In this document: one piece after another, positions 12,090 to 24,906 of the stretch
Numbering within the stretch: position 1 is the stretch's first letter
How the letters are laid out: the number at the start of each line of letters is the position of its first letter
Assembly (NCBI RefSeq): GCF_036321535.1
Contig: NC_087436.1
Coordinates: 111,540,001 to 111,604,000 of the forward strand
DNA length: 64,000 nt
Origin: Camelus dromedarius
Taxonomy: Eukaryota
Direction of reading: 5' to 3'
Notes under the pieces: model-generated
The model's input: the letters and a program-made list of their open reading frames with translations, nothing else
Told to the model about the DNA's origin: nothing
Database searches by the model: none
Position numbers and translations under genes: made by a program

Positions 12090-12920
12090 GACTTCCCTTT
12101 GGCATCTCAAACCCAATCTGTCCAAACCTCTTTCTTCCTGATTAATGATATCAATTTCCACCCAACAATTCAAGATAAAAATCTTGATATCACCCTCTTC
12201 TCCTCTCCTCCTTTGTTCTCCCTATTTAATTGTCCAATGTGTTCTACAATTCTAAATCAGAAATGTCTTTCTGATTTGCTCCTGTTCAGCCCTACTGCTA
12301 AAACTTCAAATCAGCCCTGTATCATCTCCTACCTAGACATTTACAGAAGCACCCATAAATGTTTTCCTCTCCTTTGTTTCATCCTCCGCATAGTCCCCAG
12401 TGGTCCAATCTCACTTTATTGCTCCTCTGATTTAAAATTTCCACTGGCTTCCCACTTCATCCCCAGGATGACGCCATGCTCGTCAGCATGGTGGGTAAGA
12501 GCCGAGAGCCTGTCCTTCTCTGACTTTCTGGTTTCATTGTGTGTTTGCACTTCCATACTGCTTCCTGTTCAGAGACATGGACTGCACTCTGCATTCAGAT
12601 ATCTTCATGCCTTTGCAGTGCAGTTTCATTATAATGGAATGTCCTTCCCCTGCTTCTCCAGCTGACCAGTCCTTGCTTGTCGTTTATGACCCACATCGAT
12701 GACATCTTTTCAGGGAGGCTTGCGTGATTTCTGTATAGGGGTGGTGGACCTCTTTTTCATGTTACCTAGCACTTTTCATTTATCTGATTGGAACACTTAA
12801 CCTGGTATATTTAATTATTTGCTCCCAGATCTTCCTTCCCCATTAAGCTGCATGATGTCTTCTTATTCTTTCAGGGAGGCACTTGTCCCAGTGCTTTTAT
12901 GTAGGTCTTAAATATAGTTC
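12090..12920 (+). mobile_element. L2 LINE fragment
   Basis: ggcatctcaaacccaatctgtccaaacc...aaaatcttgatatcaccct...tatcatctcctacctagac...catgcctttgca...tggaatgtccttcccc. Confidence 0.7.
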
Positions 12921-14804
12921 CTTACTGTTGTTATTGTAAAGAATTAAGCTCTTGTCTTGGTTTGGTCTTGCTGGTAGAAGAAAGGAAGATACTCACTCCA
13001 TGGATTTCTCTTTAAGTCTTTCTAGTCCCTGGGAAGATGTCATGGCCATGGACAAAGGGAATCACTACTTGAATGCTTTTCTCTGCTCTCAGTAGCAGAA
13101 TCAGACCTTGTGTTCTTTACCAATAAGCAAAAGACCAGGAAAGGCTTGGCCAAAGTGTTCGAGCTAGCAACACCCGAGGGCTTCCCAGGCCAGAGCTTCA
13201 GGGGGACAATCAGAAATCTTTGGTGGTGGCTTTCCTTCTACTTGTTGAAGTCTTCCTTGGTGCAGGAAGTCAAGCATTCACAAAAAGGAAATAGTGGGTT
13301 CTGGGCCCCTCTCCTCGTTTTTAGTTTCCTCTTTAATGAAACTGTCCTGTGGTCATTTGATCATCCACCCCTTAGTAAAAAGGCCCATTTTACATATAAC
13401 ATATCATGAATGTTTGCTATGTGTTGACTATGTATTACTTGGATATTTAGACACAGAACAATATCTCAATTGAAAAATAAAACACACACACACCAAAGGA
13501 TCATTTCACCTGGATGTGCCTAGTCTAGAGTTTCTTGGGTTGTCGGATGAGCACAGTTCATCACCCAGACTAATGGCTGAACTTCCGGTGTTGGTTCATT
13601 ATCTGATGCGTTATCATTTTCTTTCAATTTAGTTTCCATGTGAATGTTGTATGGGTGATCCAACTTGAACTTGGACCCAAATTCCACTGTCCAAATCAGC
13701 AGTGTAGACATGGCCCAAGGCTCCAGCCTCCCTCCCAGTTGGGGATTCTTGGGAAATGTTGCCGTTGCTTCTCTAGGCATTGCCACCAAATTGATTTTCC
13801 TCAGGATGAATCTCTCCCCTGTACTTGCTCAGGGTCTTGTGGGTGGAATCGGGAGTTCTAAGGAAAAACACATTATACATTCCATGTGGAAAAAGCTCCC
13901 TGGGTATGATTATTTTTAACCATGTGAAGTTTTATTAAATATACAACATTTTTGTACAGAATTCTGAGATAGAACAGGTGCTGTGCTTTGTGATTGAGCC
14001 TCCAAAAGCACTCAGTCTGCTCCAGTGGTTATCTGTCCTAAAGGCAGCCAAGGTCTCCCTCCTCACCCCCGCCTCTGCCTCGTCTCCTTCCTCACCCCAG
14101 CTTTCCAAGGGTTTGGTCCCAGCTCAGATGGGGAAGCAGTGGGAATCAAGTGGAAGAAATAAATAGAGGAGGATTTGGAGCAAGTAACTTCAGCAAAATG
14201 TCAGAGAGATACACAGGACCAATAGCTTTAAAAACATACCGGTAATAAGCTATATAAATAAATATTCTTTATAGTTGTCTATCATAGGAAAGTGAAGTCT
14301 TATTTTGTAAGAAGATATTTTTATTAGTTTGGCCCTTCTTTATATATATAGATATTTAAAAACAGAAATATATCTGAGAAAAAAATTAATAATTTTGCAT
14401 TAATGATCAGTCACCGGGTATTTGAAAGAATTCCACAGGTAAGTGTAGACCCTTTCTTTATGGACTTTCGTGACATGACATTATGATGTTACTGCAGAAC
14501 AGGTGAAAAATAGCACCTAATTTCTGCGCAGCCACAATTAGAGGTGAGGTTACAGCCTGGTTCATTAATCTTTCAGATAAGAAATAAACTTGTTTCCCCT
14601 AAACTGTTAGGAGATTGATACCCTCACTTCTGCTGCATTTTGTTTATTTGGCATGTAAACAGTCTGGGCTTGTGGGCCCTGCACTTGATTTGTCACCTCG
14701 GGATAAGATAATTTGGGATCTTTCACATTTCCAAATAACATCATGTGGAAGCAGTTGAACCAGCTGACAAATGAGATGTACCTGCAGTGCAGCTCTGGAG
14801 GGGG

Positions 14805-14823
14805 ACGCCGCCAGGGGGCTGGC
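14805..14823 (+). promoter_or_regulatory. Candidate CTCF site
   Basis: acgCCGCCAGGGGGCtggc fits the CTCF core and retains two CpGs. Motif match only. Confidence 0.4.
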
Positions 14824-15234
14824 CGTGTGAGCAGCAGGTTGGTTTATTAACAGACACATTTGATTCCAGAGGTTAATGTTTTTGTGCACAAGACAGATTA
14901 TGCAGCACACAATCTGCATCCTCAGAGCTGCGGTGATGTGGGTGGGGCCACCAGCAGCTTGGTTTCCGGGCTGCAGGGTGGCTTCGTGGGAAGTGGCATG
15001 GTCATGGTTCTTGCAAGTTCATGCTCCCGGTTTTCTGGAACTGGACTCTTTCTAGCAGTTGTCATTTGTCTGTTTGTTTTCATTTCCCTGTTGTCTGTGG
15101 AAGTCTATTTTTTTTTTTTTAATTTGGGATAAGAATTTGGGAACCCTGCCAGCCCATGCAAACTATTGCATGGTCACTGGTCCAGCATGGAGTCATCTTG
15201 TTGTGTCAATTATGTACAATTATATTTCAGATAA

Positions 15235-15410
15235 TAATGATAAAAGTAACTGACATTCAATGAGTGATTGCCTTATGCCAGGCACTGTTCCAAAGGTTTT
15301 CACGTATTAACTGGTTTCATCCTCACATCAAGGTGAGGTGAGTGCTATTACTCTCACCATTTTATACACAAGGAAACTGAGGCACAGAGTAACTTGCCCA
15401 AGATCATTGC
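15235..15410 (-). mobile_element. MIR SINE
   Basis: atgccaggcactgttcc...ccattttatacacaaggaaactgaggcacagagtaacttgcccaagatca. Confidence 0.85.
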
Positions 15411-15818
15411 TTAAGGGAAGAAGCTCAACAAATGCCCTTTCAACTCAAATAAAGGAAGCTGCAGAGAAGGATGGGGTGTGGCCATCACTCTGAGTTTTGG
15501 TGACAAGCAGCTGACCCAGGTAGGGATGACCTCATTCGGGGGCCATTCAGATTTCTTCATTTGTCCCACTGGGTCCTAGAGTCTGGCGTTGAATATGATC
15601 ACCTGTTGAGAGAGCCTCCTTTGACAACACAAAAAAATGGTTCTTTGACCCATGGAAGAAAGGTGTCTGCCCCAAATCAAGGCTTTTCTACCAGGGGCTG
15701 AGAATTCTTAGTCTCATTCTCTGCAATTGCTCCAAGCATCCTCACTCACTGGATTTCTATAGCACTGGGCTCCCCAGATAGCTACTACACAGACTTGTGT
15801 AACAAGACAATGATGACA

Positions 15819-15928
15819 TCCCTTCCTTTTCTCCTCCTCTTCCTCTTCCTCCTCACTTCCCTCCTCCCTGCTTCCTCCCCTTCTCCTTCTCTCCTCCTCC
15901 TCCTCCCTCTTCTCCCTACCTCCTCCTC
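15819..15928. repeat. Polypyrimidine (CCT/CTT-rich) low-complexity tract
   Basis: 110 bp containing only three purines on the + strand. Confidence 0.9.
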
Positions 15929-16179
15929 ATGGATTTTGCTATTCACTTGGTCTGTGCTTTTTCCTGTAAAGATGGGAGTCCAACAATGCTTTTCCTGAGA
16001 AAATATGGCTGCCAACCTGACTACTATCTGAGAAAAATTCCCACCTGCCCAAAGTCATTGAATCTGTGATACATTCTGTGTTATAAAGAAACATCTCCCA
16101 GTTCCTATTTGTCTCCCTCCCTCCCTATGGTATCTTCAGCAACCCTAATGTTTGGCTGTTATCTGTTTCCTGTCTGCAT

Positions 16180-16362
16180 TACTGCAGTCTGTCAATCCTA
16201 AAATGCACATTTCTCCCCCACATTTTAGCCTCTTTGAAATTGGGGTGTATCTTACAATCAATGGCACACAGGGTTTAAATGGCAACTTTTTTTTCTTAGA
16301 AAATGTAAAACAATAGTGTATCATAATAATTGATGGTAACTTCAGCTCAGTGAAGTGTGCTG
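16180..16362. mobile_element. MER104-like TcMar-Tc2 MITE
   Basis: caatcctaaaatgcacatt...cacattttagcctctttgaaattggggtgtatcttacaatcaatggca...attgatggtaacttcagctcagtgaa. Confidence 0.75.
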
Positions 16363-17043
16363 TTATGTATTTGAGGACTAGGGGAAAAACTCTTTTCACA
16401 CCAACATTTGTCAGAATCCTGTGGCATGTCACATCTTTGCCAAGTGTTGGGGATACAAATGTGAACCAGGCATAATCCCTACTCTGAAGGAGTCCTTAGC
16501 CTTCAGTTTGGTGGGAGCAATAAGTTTTAAGAAGTGAGGACTGGGAGGCATTAATGCCTGCAAAAGAGTTTTATAAAATTTAAAACAATTGATCAGTATT
16601 AAGGTATTATTATTATTTCCTGAGTTTTATGATATTAAAATTGCCTGCAGAATTCCAGTTAGGACTGTCACTCTTCAAGGCTGTCAGTATGCTTCCTTGA
16701 TGGAACATTTTTCTGACAGGAATCTGACGGAAGTCGACGTGTCCTCGGAGTTTTTACTCTTGGAGTATCTCTCAGCCTAAGGAGGAATCCTTTATCTTAA
16801 TTAGATTTAAATATATCTCCTTTTAACCCTAATCAACCTCTAGTGTAGAGCTGTGAATTTCTTAGACTTCTTCTTCTTCTTTTTTTTTTTTTTTTGGTCT
16901 TCTTTTGATTGGCTTTTCTTAGCAACCCCTTTCAGTGAACAGCCCCTTTAGAAAACGAATAAGTGGTAAGGCATACGACAGAGAGAAACAAAATCCTAAG
17001 AATGTGCAGTGGGTAGCCATTCTCTGCAGTGCCTTAAGTTCTA

Positions 17044-17180
17044 GCTACTCTGAGAGTGGTCCATAGACCAGCTGTGTCAGCATCACTCGGGAGCTTTTCA
17101 GAAATGCTGCATCTGAGGCCCCACCGCTACCTGCTAAATCAGAATCTGCATTTCAACAAGACTCCTAAGGGATTTTCTAG
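17044..17180. mobile_element. MER5A-like hAT-Charlie fragment
   Basis: gtggtccatagaccagc...cagcatcactcgggagcttttcagaaatgc...cctgctaaatcagaatctgcatttcaacaaga. Confidence 0.8.
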
Positions 17181-17394
17181 CAGCTACGCTATTATTTACT
17201 GATATTTTCCCTTTAAATCAACTCCTTTAAACAGCCCCCACTAAGTACTAATATGTGTGAAATTATGGGTTAGATGTGCTTGCTATATCTAATAATTATA
17301 TTTATTACCTGAAAATCTGTCTGCTTGAGTAAATCATCGTTCATATGTGGACCAGCAGCACATTTCAGGAAACTTGTCTTGATGCCATATTTCC

Positions 17395-17855
17395 CATTTT
17401 TTTTTTTAAAATAAAAACTTTATACTTGGAAATAAATTTAAACTGACAGAAAAGTTGCAAGAACAGCATAAGAATTTCTACACACCCTTTACCACATATT
17501 ACAACATTTATCATCAAAATAAAAAAATTTAGTACTAGGAAAACTTTATCTAATCTACAGTCCTTATGCAAATGCTACCCCAATTCAAATTGTCCCCCAA
17601 ATGTTCATCAGATAGCATTTTAGAAGATTCTGATCAATATATAAACCAGTATCAGGTGTTACATTTGGTCACTGTGTCCCTTTAGTCTCCCTTCCTCTGC
17701 CTTTCTGAGCACTGACATTTTTGAAGGGCACAGGCTTCTCGTTTGGTGGAGGACGTCTCGGTTTTAGTTTGTCTGATGTTTCCTCACAATTAGATTTACG
17801 ATATGCATGTCGGGCTAGAATACCACAAAAATGACGCTGGGTCCTTCTTGGTGCT
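17395..17855 (-). mobile_element. Old L1M (L1MC-like) 3' fragment
   Basis: ttggaaataaatttaaactgacagaaaagttgcaagaacagc...actgacatttttgaaggg...tttgtctgatgtttcctcacaattaga. Confidence 0.7.
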
Positions 17856-17859
17856 TTAA

Positions 17860-18400
17860 TTTATTTTCAATTACTGTTCCCCACCCACTAAGAGGAATGA
17901 AGGCTGCTCGGAGAAATGTCTGATTCCAGGGCTGGGCAGGAAAGTACAGATAAGCCTGGAATATCTTGCTGCTCAGAAAGTAAGGATGTGCCTACAAGTT
18001 TCCAGGAGCCAGCTTGGAGGGGCTACCTCTGCTCAAATATGGGGCAAGGTGAGCATTAAAAATAAGCCATGGTAATGGATCAGTCACCCACGGAATAAAG
18101 TAAGTACCCATACTCCATCAATGGGAGAGCTCTTCCCTACAGGAAAATCCCAACTAATAAATGTGGAAAGGGACAAGAAAGAAATAATACATCCTACCTA
18201 ATATATATGGAGAAACAAATAATAAATAGCAACTAATAAATATAGGGGTTAGAAAAAAATCACTGTTTTGCAACCATGATAGTAATAATTGGTTCAGGTA
18301 AGGCTCATCCATGGATGCTAAAACTGGGGGGTAAAATTTTAGTGCAGAGCAGGATATTTATATAATATAGTATCTCACCACATCATCTATTTATTGGAAG
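17860..18400 (+). mobile_element. Old L1M (L1MC4-like) 3' UTR fragment
   Basis: ttactgttcccca...gagaaatgtctgattccagggctggg...gataagcctggaatatcttg...ggtaaggctcatccatggatgctaaaact. Confidence 0.7.
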
Positions 18401-19113
18401 TACTTTTAACACTGAAATAGGCTAGCTGAAGGTGAAGACTTCAGGCCCGTCACACCAGGCTCAGCAGATCAGAATGTCTGGGATTGGATCCCAAGAAGCA
18501 TCATTTTAATAAGCATATTACAATGTTGCAACCACTGAATTAGTGCTGCCAATCTCTGTGTTGACCAGAACTCCGCCCTTCTTCTCTTACTGTCTTGTGT
18601 GGGCTGGGATGGGGCTGATAGATACCAGAATTGCCAATTTCATTTCCCTTTGATTCTGATTTTGATCTGATGATTTCAGACTGGGGTAAAATGCTCTTTA
18701 TTAATTGGGGCCCTTGTGCTTTCTGCAAAGCACCTTTTTTTTTTTTTTTTTTTTTTTGGCCAATCCAGCAACAAAGAAGTCAAGTCACTAAACATACAGT
18801 GTTCTACTCGTTATCTATGTGGTTTTAATTTAAGTTTTAACTAATTCCCTTTATCTTGTCATAGTTATTATGACCCTCCAAGTCATGTCACATTAATATG
18901 TGAAAACAGCTCCCTGCCACGTTGGCCAAGGACCAAAGGCATTATGATCTGCCTTGCTAAATTACAGTGGAGAGGCCAATCAACTTGCGTTTTGTTATCT
19001 TCTTTGATAATTTACACCAAAGGTGAGTAAAAGTACAAAGGAGACAACGCATCATGGCCTATCACCCCCGTTGCAAATCCAGTGTATAGAAATATTGAAG
19101 ACTAACATTTCAC

Positions 19114-19258
19114 GGGAGGGTATACCTCAGTGGTAGAGTGCACACCTAGCATGCACAAGGTCCTGGGTTCAATCCCTAGTACCTCCACTAAAACAAACAA
19201 GCAAACAAACCTAATTACCTCCCCTACCCCCCAAACAACCAAACCAAACAAACAAAAA
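19114..19258 (+). mobile_element. tRNA-derived SINE, Vic-1-like (camelid)
   Basis: gggagggtatacctcagtggtagagtg (A box)...gggttcaatccc (B box)...cctaattacctcccc plus A-rich tail. Confidence 0.9.
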
Positions 19259-21123
19259 CATTTAGATGCATCACCAGAGAGATGAAGAACAAGGTGGCAC
19301 ATTTCAGGGAAGTGATTATTAGTGACTGAATTGATCCATTCCCAACTTAAGCTTTTAGGAAGATTTAAGTCTTTCTAATGATCATGTTTTCCCAAACATG
19401 AAGTGGGCACATGTCATCAGACAATGGATTCCCCCCACCCCGCAACCAGCCCTCACTTCATAAATTTGTTTGAAAAAAGGCTTTGTAAACAAAGGGAAAC
19501 ACATTTATCCAATTGCTATTTATTGAAAAGAATGAAATGGAAACTCACCTGGGAAAGTCTGGGAATAGACTCACTGCGGGTGGGAATTACATTTTGAGTA
19601 AAGCAAGACACAGTAGCTTGAAAAGGACAGTACATGTTCCTGCTGTTGCTGAAAACAAATGCTGATAACTCCGGATGTGTTTAATGCAAGCACTTTCAAA
19701 GCCTCTTGCTGTGCAAACTCTCAAGTTACCTTACAGGACAGGACCGCTAAGCCTCATTAAATTCTTCTGCTGATGGGCATTTCGGTGCTTACTCACCAAG
19801 TGGCTTGTGTGTGCAGTTTAAGAGAGCCTTAATTTAAAAAATTCTCATTGATTAATCTTTATGTATAGCTATTTTTTATTGCGCACCTGCGATAGGACAT
19901 GCACCATGTGAGTCCTATACTCCACACTAACTGAAATCAGATAGCGTCAGCCCGGAAGGTCAGTATACACATATAGTACATACAAAGATACCAATGCTGA
20001 TCTCACAGAGGTTAAGTAACTTGCTTAGCTTGGCAGAGGTAGAGTAAGGATGTGAACCAGGTCTCCAAGTTCCAAACCCCATAGTCCCTGGTTCACTCTA
20101 GTGCTCTTCCAAGACCTTGCAAGAGTGATGAGTCTCGGTCATGCTGTCAACCAACCCATCTCTTCTGCATTTCTCACCACTTTGCCCTTTCATTCTGTGA
20201 GCACGACTTTGTTCTGTGGTCCCTGCAGCAGGTCAGCCACAATCCCTCCCTGTTATGTTCCCGGGGCTTGTTTATTTTCCTTATCCTAGCAAACATCACA
20301 CCTTATTAGTACTACACACTTAATGTTTCTATTCACCACTAGACTGTAAGCTCCATGAGGGCAGGAGCTGTGCTACATTTAGTGTATCTCATGGCACACA
20401 GCAGGTGTCCAGTGAATACTGAATAAGCAAGTGAATAAGTGTTGTACTAAAATCATTGCTGAGTTCCTGTTATAGCAAAGTGTCTTTTCCTCTTCAGACC
20501 TGAGATCGCTCCTTTGTATCCAATACACCTTTTCTTTCTCTCCTACCTTTTTGTCCTGTCAGAACACGGAGCAAGCGGAAGAGCCAAGGCTCATGTGCAG
20601 GCCTTACTTATTTTGATGCTCACATCCTTCCCATCACCCTAGAGCATGTTTAAAAGTATAAAGGAGTCTTCTGGCTGCGGATCCTGTCAAACCATCAGAT
20701 GGTTTTCCTTTTGTTTCTTATTTCTGTCCCTAGCACTAATTTTTAACTGGCTGCCGCACCATGGCTGGAAAGCATCACCCTTGAACGTCCTGCTTACTCA
20801 GCTGAAAGCAGCAGCTGTTCCAATAAGCAATTCGATGTTCAGCACCTGAGACTGGTTTCCTCCTTCCAGCAAGACTGCAAGCTCAACAGAATGTAGGAAA
20901 GCATGAAAAAGTTTCCTAGCCTGTTGCTCGCAATGCAGCACGTAGAGCAGCATAGGTTGAGGAAGGATATTTGTTTTCTGGGAAGGACCGGCTCCCACAT
21001 GGACAGCTTCATCTGAATTTCTTTTGATGGGGTCCTTGGAATGAAGAGTGACTTGTTTATCAAGGACTATAAGAGAGAAACTGTCTGAAAGATGGTTTTA
21101 TGTTGACTTCTATTGTCTGTCCC

Positions 21124-21320
21124 AAGTGGTGTACTGGCAAATGTGGCTTTCCTTTGAACAAAGCCCCGATTTGTAGTGTTGGCCAATTTCTGTGGTGTAA
21201 ATACTCCCATGGTAGTTAATTTCAAGTTGGTAACATGATGTCATTGAATGTGTAATAGAGAGGTAGTGCGCATGACTGGCTCCTTTAAACCATTACAAGC
21301 TGACCTAGCCCACCACAGTC
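21124..21320. mobile_element. MER63-like hAT-Blackjack MITE
   Basis: agtggtgtactggcaaatg...gccccgatttgtagtgttggccaatttctgtggtgtaaatactccca...atttcaagttggtaacatgatgtcattgaa. Confidence 0.78.
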
Positions 21321-21574
21321 TCTCTTGGTCCCATCAGCCCTTCCATGGACACAGAGTGGTGGTTTAGGGCTGGAGCCCATCCTGAGATTTCCCATAGGAG
21401 ACATGGTGGGCCATGAGGCAAAGGACCAAGCTGGTGCCTGTGGCTGACAGACAAGGCCCATGAGCTAGAGAGGACATAGACAGGCATCCCATCTGGTCTG
21501 GGGTGGGTGGTGTGGTGGGAGTCAAGCAGAGGCAGATGGATTTAGAGTGGAAACACCAGGGACACCACTGACCA

Positions 21575-21760
21575 TCTGGCTGACCTTGGACATGTTACTG
21601 AAACTCTCCATTCTTCAGTTTCTTTAGCTGTAAAATAGGGCTATATAATAATAGCTTTTACCTTAAGGAGTTTTTGTGATGATGGATTATTATAATATAT
21701 GTAAAGTGCTTAGCATGGTGCCTGGCACAGGACAAGTGCTTAATGTATAGAAGCTATTAA
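21575..21760 (+). mobile_element. MIR SINE
   Basis: tgaccttggacatgttactgaaactctc...tcagtttctttagctgtaaaatagg...gtaaagtgcttagcatggtgcctggcacag. Confidence 0.85.
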
Positions 21761-24690
21761 AATTAGGCTGGAGTACATACGAATGGGAGGGGTTTCCTGG
21801 GAAATTGTCTCAAACACCAGGAAATTGTCTCACCACTGTTTGCATCTCATCTTCAGGGGCTGGCAGTTGGTCTGTGTGGCTCAGCTGTCCTAAGGGGTCA
21901 GGCCAAAGGTGGATTGCTCAGTGTAACTGTTGGTGAGGAAAATCATCAAAAATTCTTTTTATAATTGGCAGCATATTTTGTTTTTAAAAAATCTCCTTCT
22001 TCCCTTTGTGGCAGGTTGTCCAAAAAAATCTTTAAAATGGATTTGAAGTGGTTCATGAGAAACCAAAGCATGCATTAGCATGTTGAAATCATGTTTAAGG
22101 ACAGGTTAGAAACTGTATATCTAGAGAGAGAGAAGAGGTGAGAAAATTACTGCACTAGAACATAAAGTCTGGTTCTGAGCTTCCGTGGTTGAGAGAGGAA
22201 GTATCTATGTACATGCATGTAACGTGCTACATAGCTCTCATTACAAATGCACAGCAGATCTTCATGCAAGAGAGTTTTTTCTGTTTCTGTTTTTGTTGTT
22301 GTTATATTTCAATAGATTGCTTTAGTTACAGGAAGGCTGAAGTACCATGGCCACCAGTCTTCCTGATTTTCCAAAGTCTGTAAACTTGAGGAGAGCAACC
22401 ACTGAGAATTTATTGTGCCTTTTCTATGACATAATTATATCCTTCTAATAGGCCTCGGCTTTTACTCTTGCCCTCAATCTGTTCTTCAAACAATGTAAAA
22501 TGTGATCTTAAACATATAAGTTGTACTATGTCATTTTGCTGCTTAAACTCTGGATGCCCTGGGAACTGAACCAAACTCTTTACCATGGACCATGTCACCT
22601 CATACAATCTGACTCCAACATCATGCCTGTGCTCCGTCCTGCTCCTGACCTCATAGTTCCATGGTTTCCTCTTTTCTGCCTCAGGGCCTTTGCACATAAC
22701 CTTCTCTCAGCCTGGAATGATCTTTACCCCTCCTCAGAGAGGTGGCTCTTTCTCCCCCTACCCATTGCCTCCTCAGCCTTCCTGGGTGGCAGTTTCTAAA
22801 GCAGATATCATCCCTGTTTCTCTTCCTCTCAGTTTCTTTTTTACTTCTCTTGCTGGCATTGGAACAAGCTACATTTGGTAAGATAAGATCAGAAAATAAC
22901 TTTATTTTTCACCTGTCACAGCTTCAAACCTACTTGGGAAGGATTTGCCAAGGATGATATTGCAAGCAGATTCCATGGCTTGTATAATAATTTTTGAGTC
23001 TCAAATAATCTTGTTTTTAGATATGAAATAGTCCAGTCTAAGGAGTTTTCTGTTCTTTTAGACTCAAGCTTGATGTAAGGTCCTGTTGACCAAATGTAGT
23101 TAGGAGCAGTGATCTGATTTTCCATTTTTCACCTTCCCCTTCTACTCCCCACTGGATCTCTGCTACGTTTTCAGAGTCAGCCTGAAGAGGAGGGATGAGG
23201 AATGAATGAAGCATAAGAAGATTTTTTTGGGTAGCTGGTGTGTTGTTGGCAGTTCTCTTGACTATCAAATGTCCTCTGTGGGGAAGATAGACAATTGTGG
23301 GTTCTTCCTTGAGAAAAGACCCCTCCAGCCCTTCACTGGAGCCTCCCTCCTGCAATTCTCTCCCCACGTGTGTTCCTATGACTCCTGGGCTCCATGGTTC
23401 CTTTTAGATGCTTTGCCTCACATCACCTCTGTCTCCTAGGTTGGGTAGTCCTTTCAAGATGACTAAGGCCAGGCGGCTGTGTACACTGTCCACTCTGCCC
23501 ACTGGGAACTTCAGGCATCTTGCCCTATGACACTCCATGCACAGTCCCCTCCCTTTGCTTTACCATCACTGGCAGCTCCAGCCAACCTCTCGCCTTTGGA
23601 TTCTTTCTCTGCTCTGTGCACCAGGATACTGGAAATCTCCCCCAGGAAATCCACCATCATGCTCTGCTCTGGTGACAGCCCTGGGGACCAGAGGGTTCTG
23701 TCACTACCCACCTGCAGTTCCATCCCATTCCCCAGGCTGCCCTCCTCTACTCCGGCTGGGGAGTCACAGGACCAAAGACTGGACTGTGGGTCACAGGACC
23801 AAAGACCGGTCTGGCTGCCTCCTAGGATATGATGACTCTACCCCTCTGTACCTTTTGTTAGAGTTTGCAGGGGAGTGCAGTGGGCTTTCTTTATCCCCTT
23901 TCATTCTCAGCTTTGGGCTTTGGCCAAAATTCTAAAGCAACACCAGAAATTCCATTTGATATTTGATTTCATTCTGTGTGATTATTTTATTTATTTATTT
24001 ATGTCGGGAGCTCAGCAGAGCACCTGAGTTGCCAGGTGTAGGAGTGGCCAAGTAAAGCATCAAGGAGCCAAAATGGAAGTAACAGGGAAGACTCTAGTGA
24101 TGGCATAAACAAGAGGCTGAACTGGAGAAAGGGGTGCCACTCCCCTCCCCCTGCAGCTTGGCAGTGTCCTGGTGGAGGGCCAGGTTGATCAGCACAAACG
24201 TCGGGGGCCCGTCTGGTTGTGGGGGGAGCTTTGAATAAAAGGTTCCAGCAGTTTTATGGGATCCGGGAGGGGGAGGCGGAAGAGGTCTGAGAAGTGGAAA
24301 TATACTGGGTACTCAGAGTGGAAAAACTTGGCTTCAGGATTTCCTTTCTTCCTTCCTTCGGGGACCTGAGGACCTCTGGCCAAGGCCTCGGATAGAAAGA
24401 CTTAGGAATGAAGGTGCCAGCTAAGAATGCACGAATGGGAAGTGTGACCAGCCGGTGGTGGTGGGCGGGGCTGAATCCTTGACCAGTTTCTCCAGAGCCC
24501 GCCATGCACTGGCTGCCCTGAGCCTGGGGTGGAGATGACCAGCGGGTCACAGAGAGAAGATCTTCTTGGGGCCTTTGAGAAGCTCCACCTGTCAAAGAGG
24601 AAGCCTACACCTACATCATACTGTCTTACAGGGCGGCCCAGGCTTAACCTCCGAGAGTCTTTAATTCTTTCTTCCCCCTCAAAATGCTGA

Positions 24691-24906
24691 CTTTCTTTTC
24701 TTTTTCTTTTTCTCGAAGCATAGCCATTTTACAATGTTATGTCAATTTCTGGTGTGCAGCATCATATTTCAGTCATACACATACGTACGTATATTCCTTT
24801 TCATATTCTTTTTCATTATAAGTTACTACAAGATATTGAATATAGTTCCCTGTGCTGTACAGTATGAACCTGCTGCTTATCTATTTTATATTTAGTAGTT
24901 AGTATC
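24691..24906 (-). mobile_element. Young L1 3' end
   Basis: T-rich tail then ttttacaatgttatgtcaatttctggtgtgcagc...caagatattgaatatagttccctgtgct; no clear TSD. Confidence 0.88.

Noticed and set aside
12084..12665. Longest ORF (193 aa)
   Set aside because: Lies within a decayed L2 fragment; pyrimidine-rich chance open frame.
19114..19190. tRNA gene
   Set aside because: A/B boxes belong to a SINE head followed by a SINE body and A-rich tail; no complete cloverleaf, and diverged copies recur in the window.
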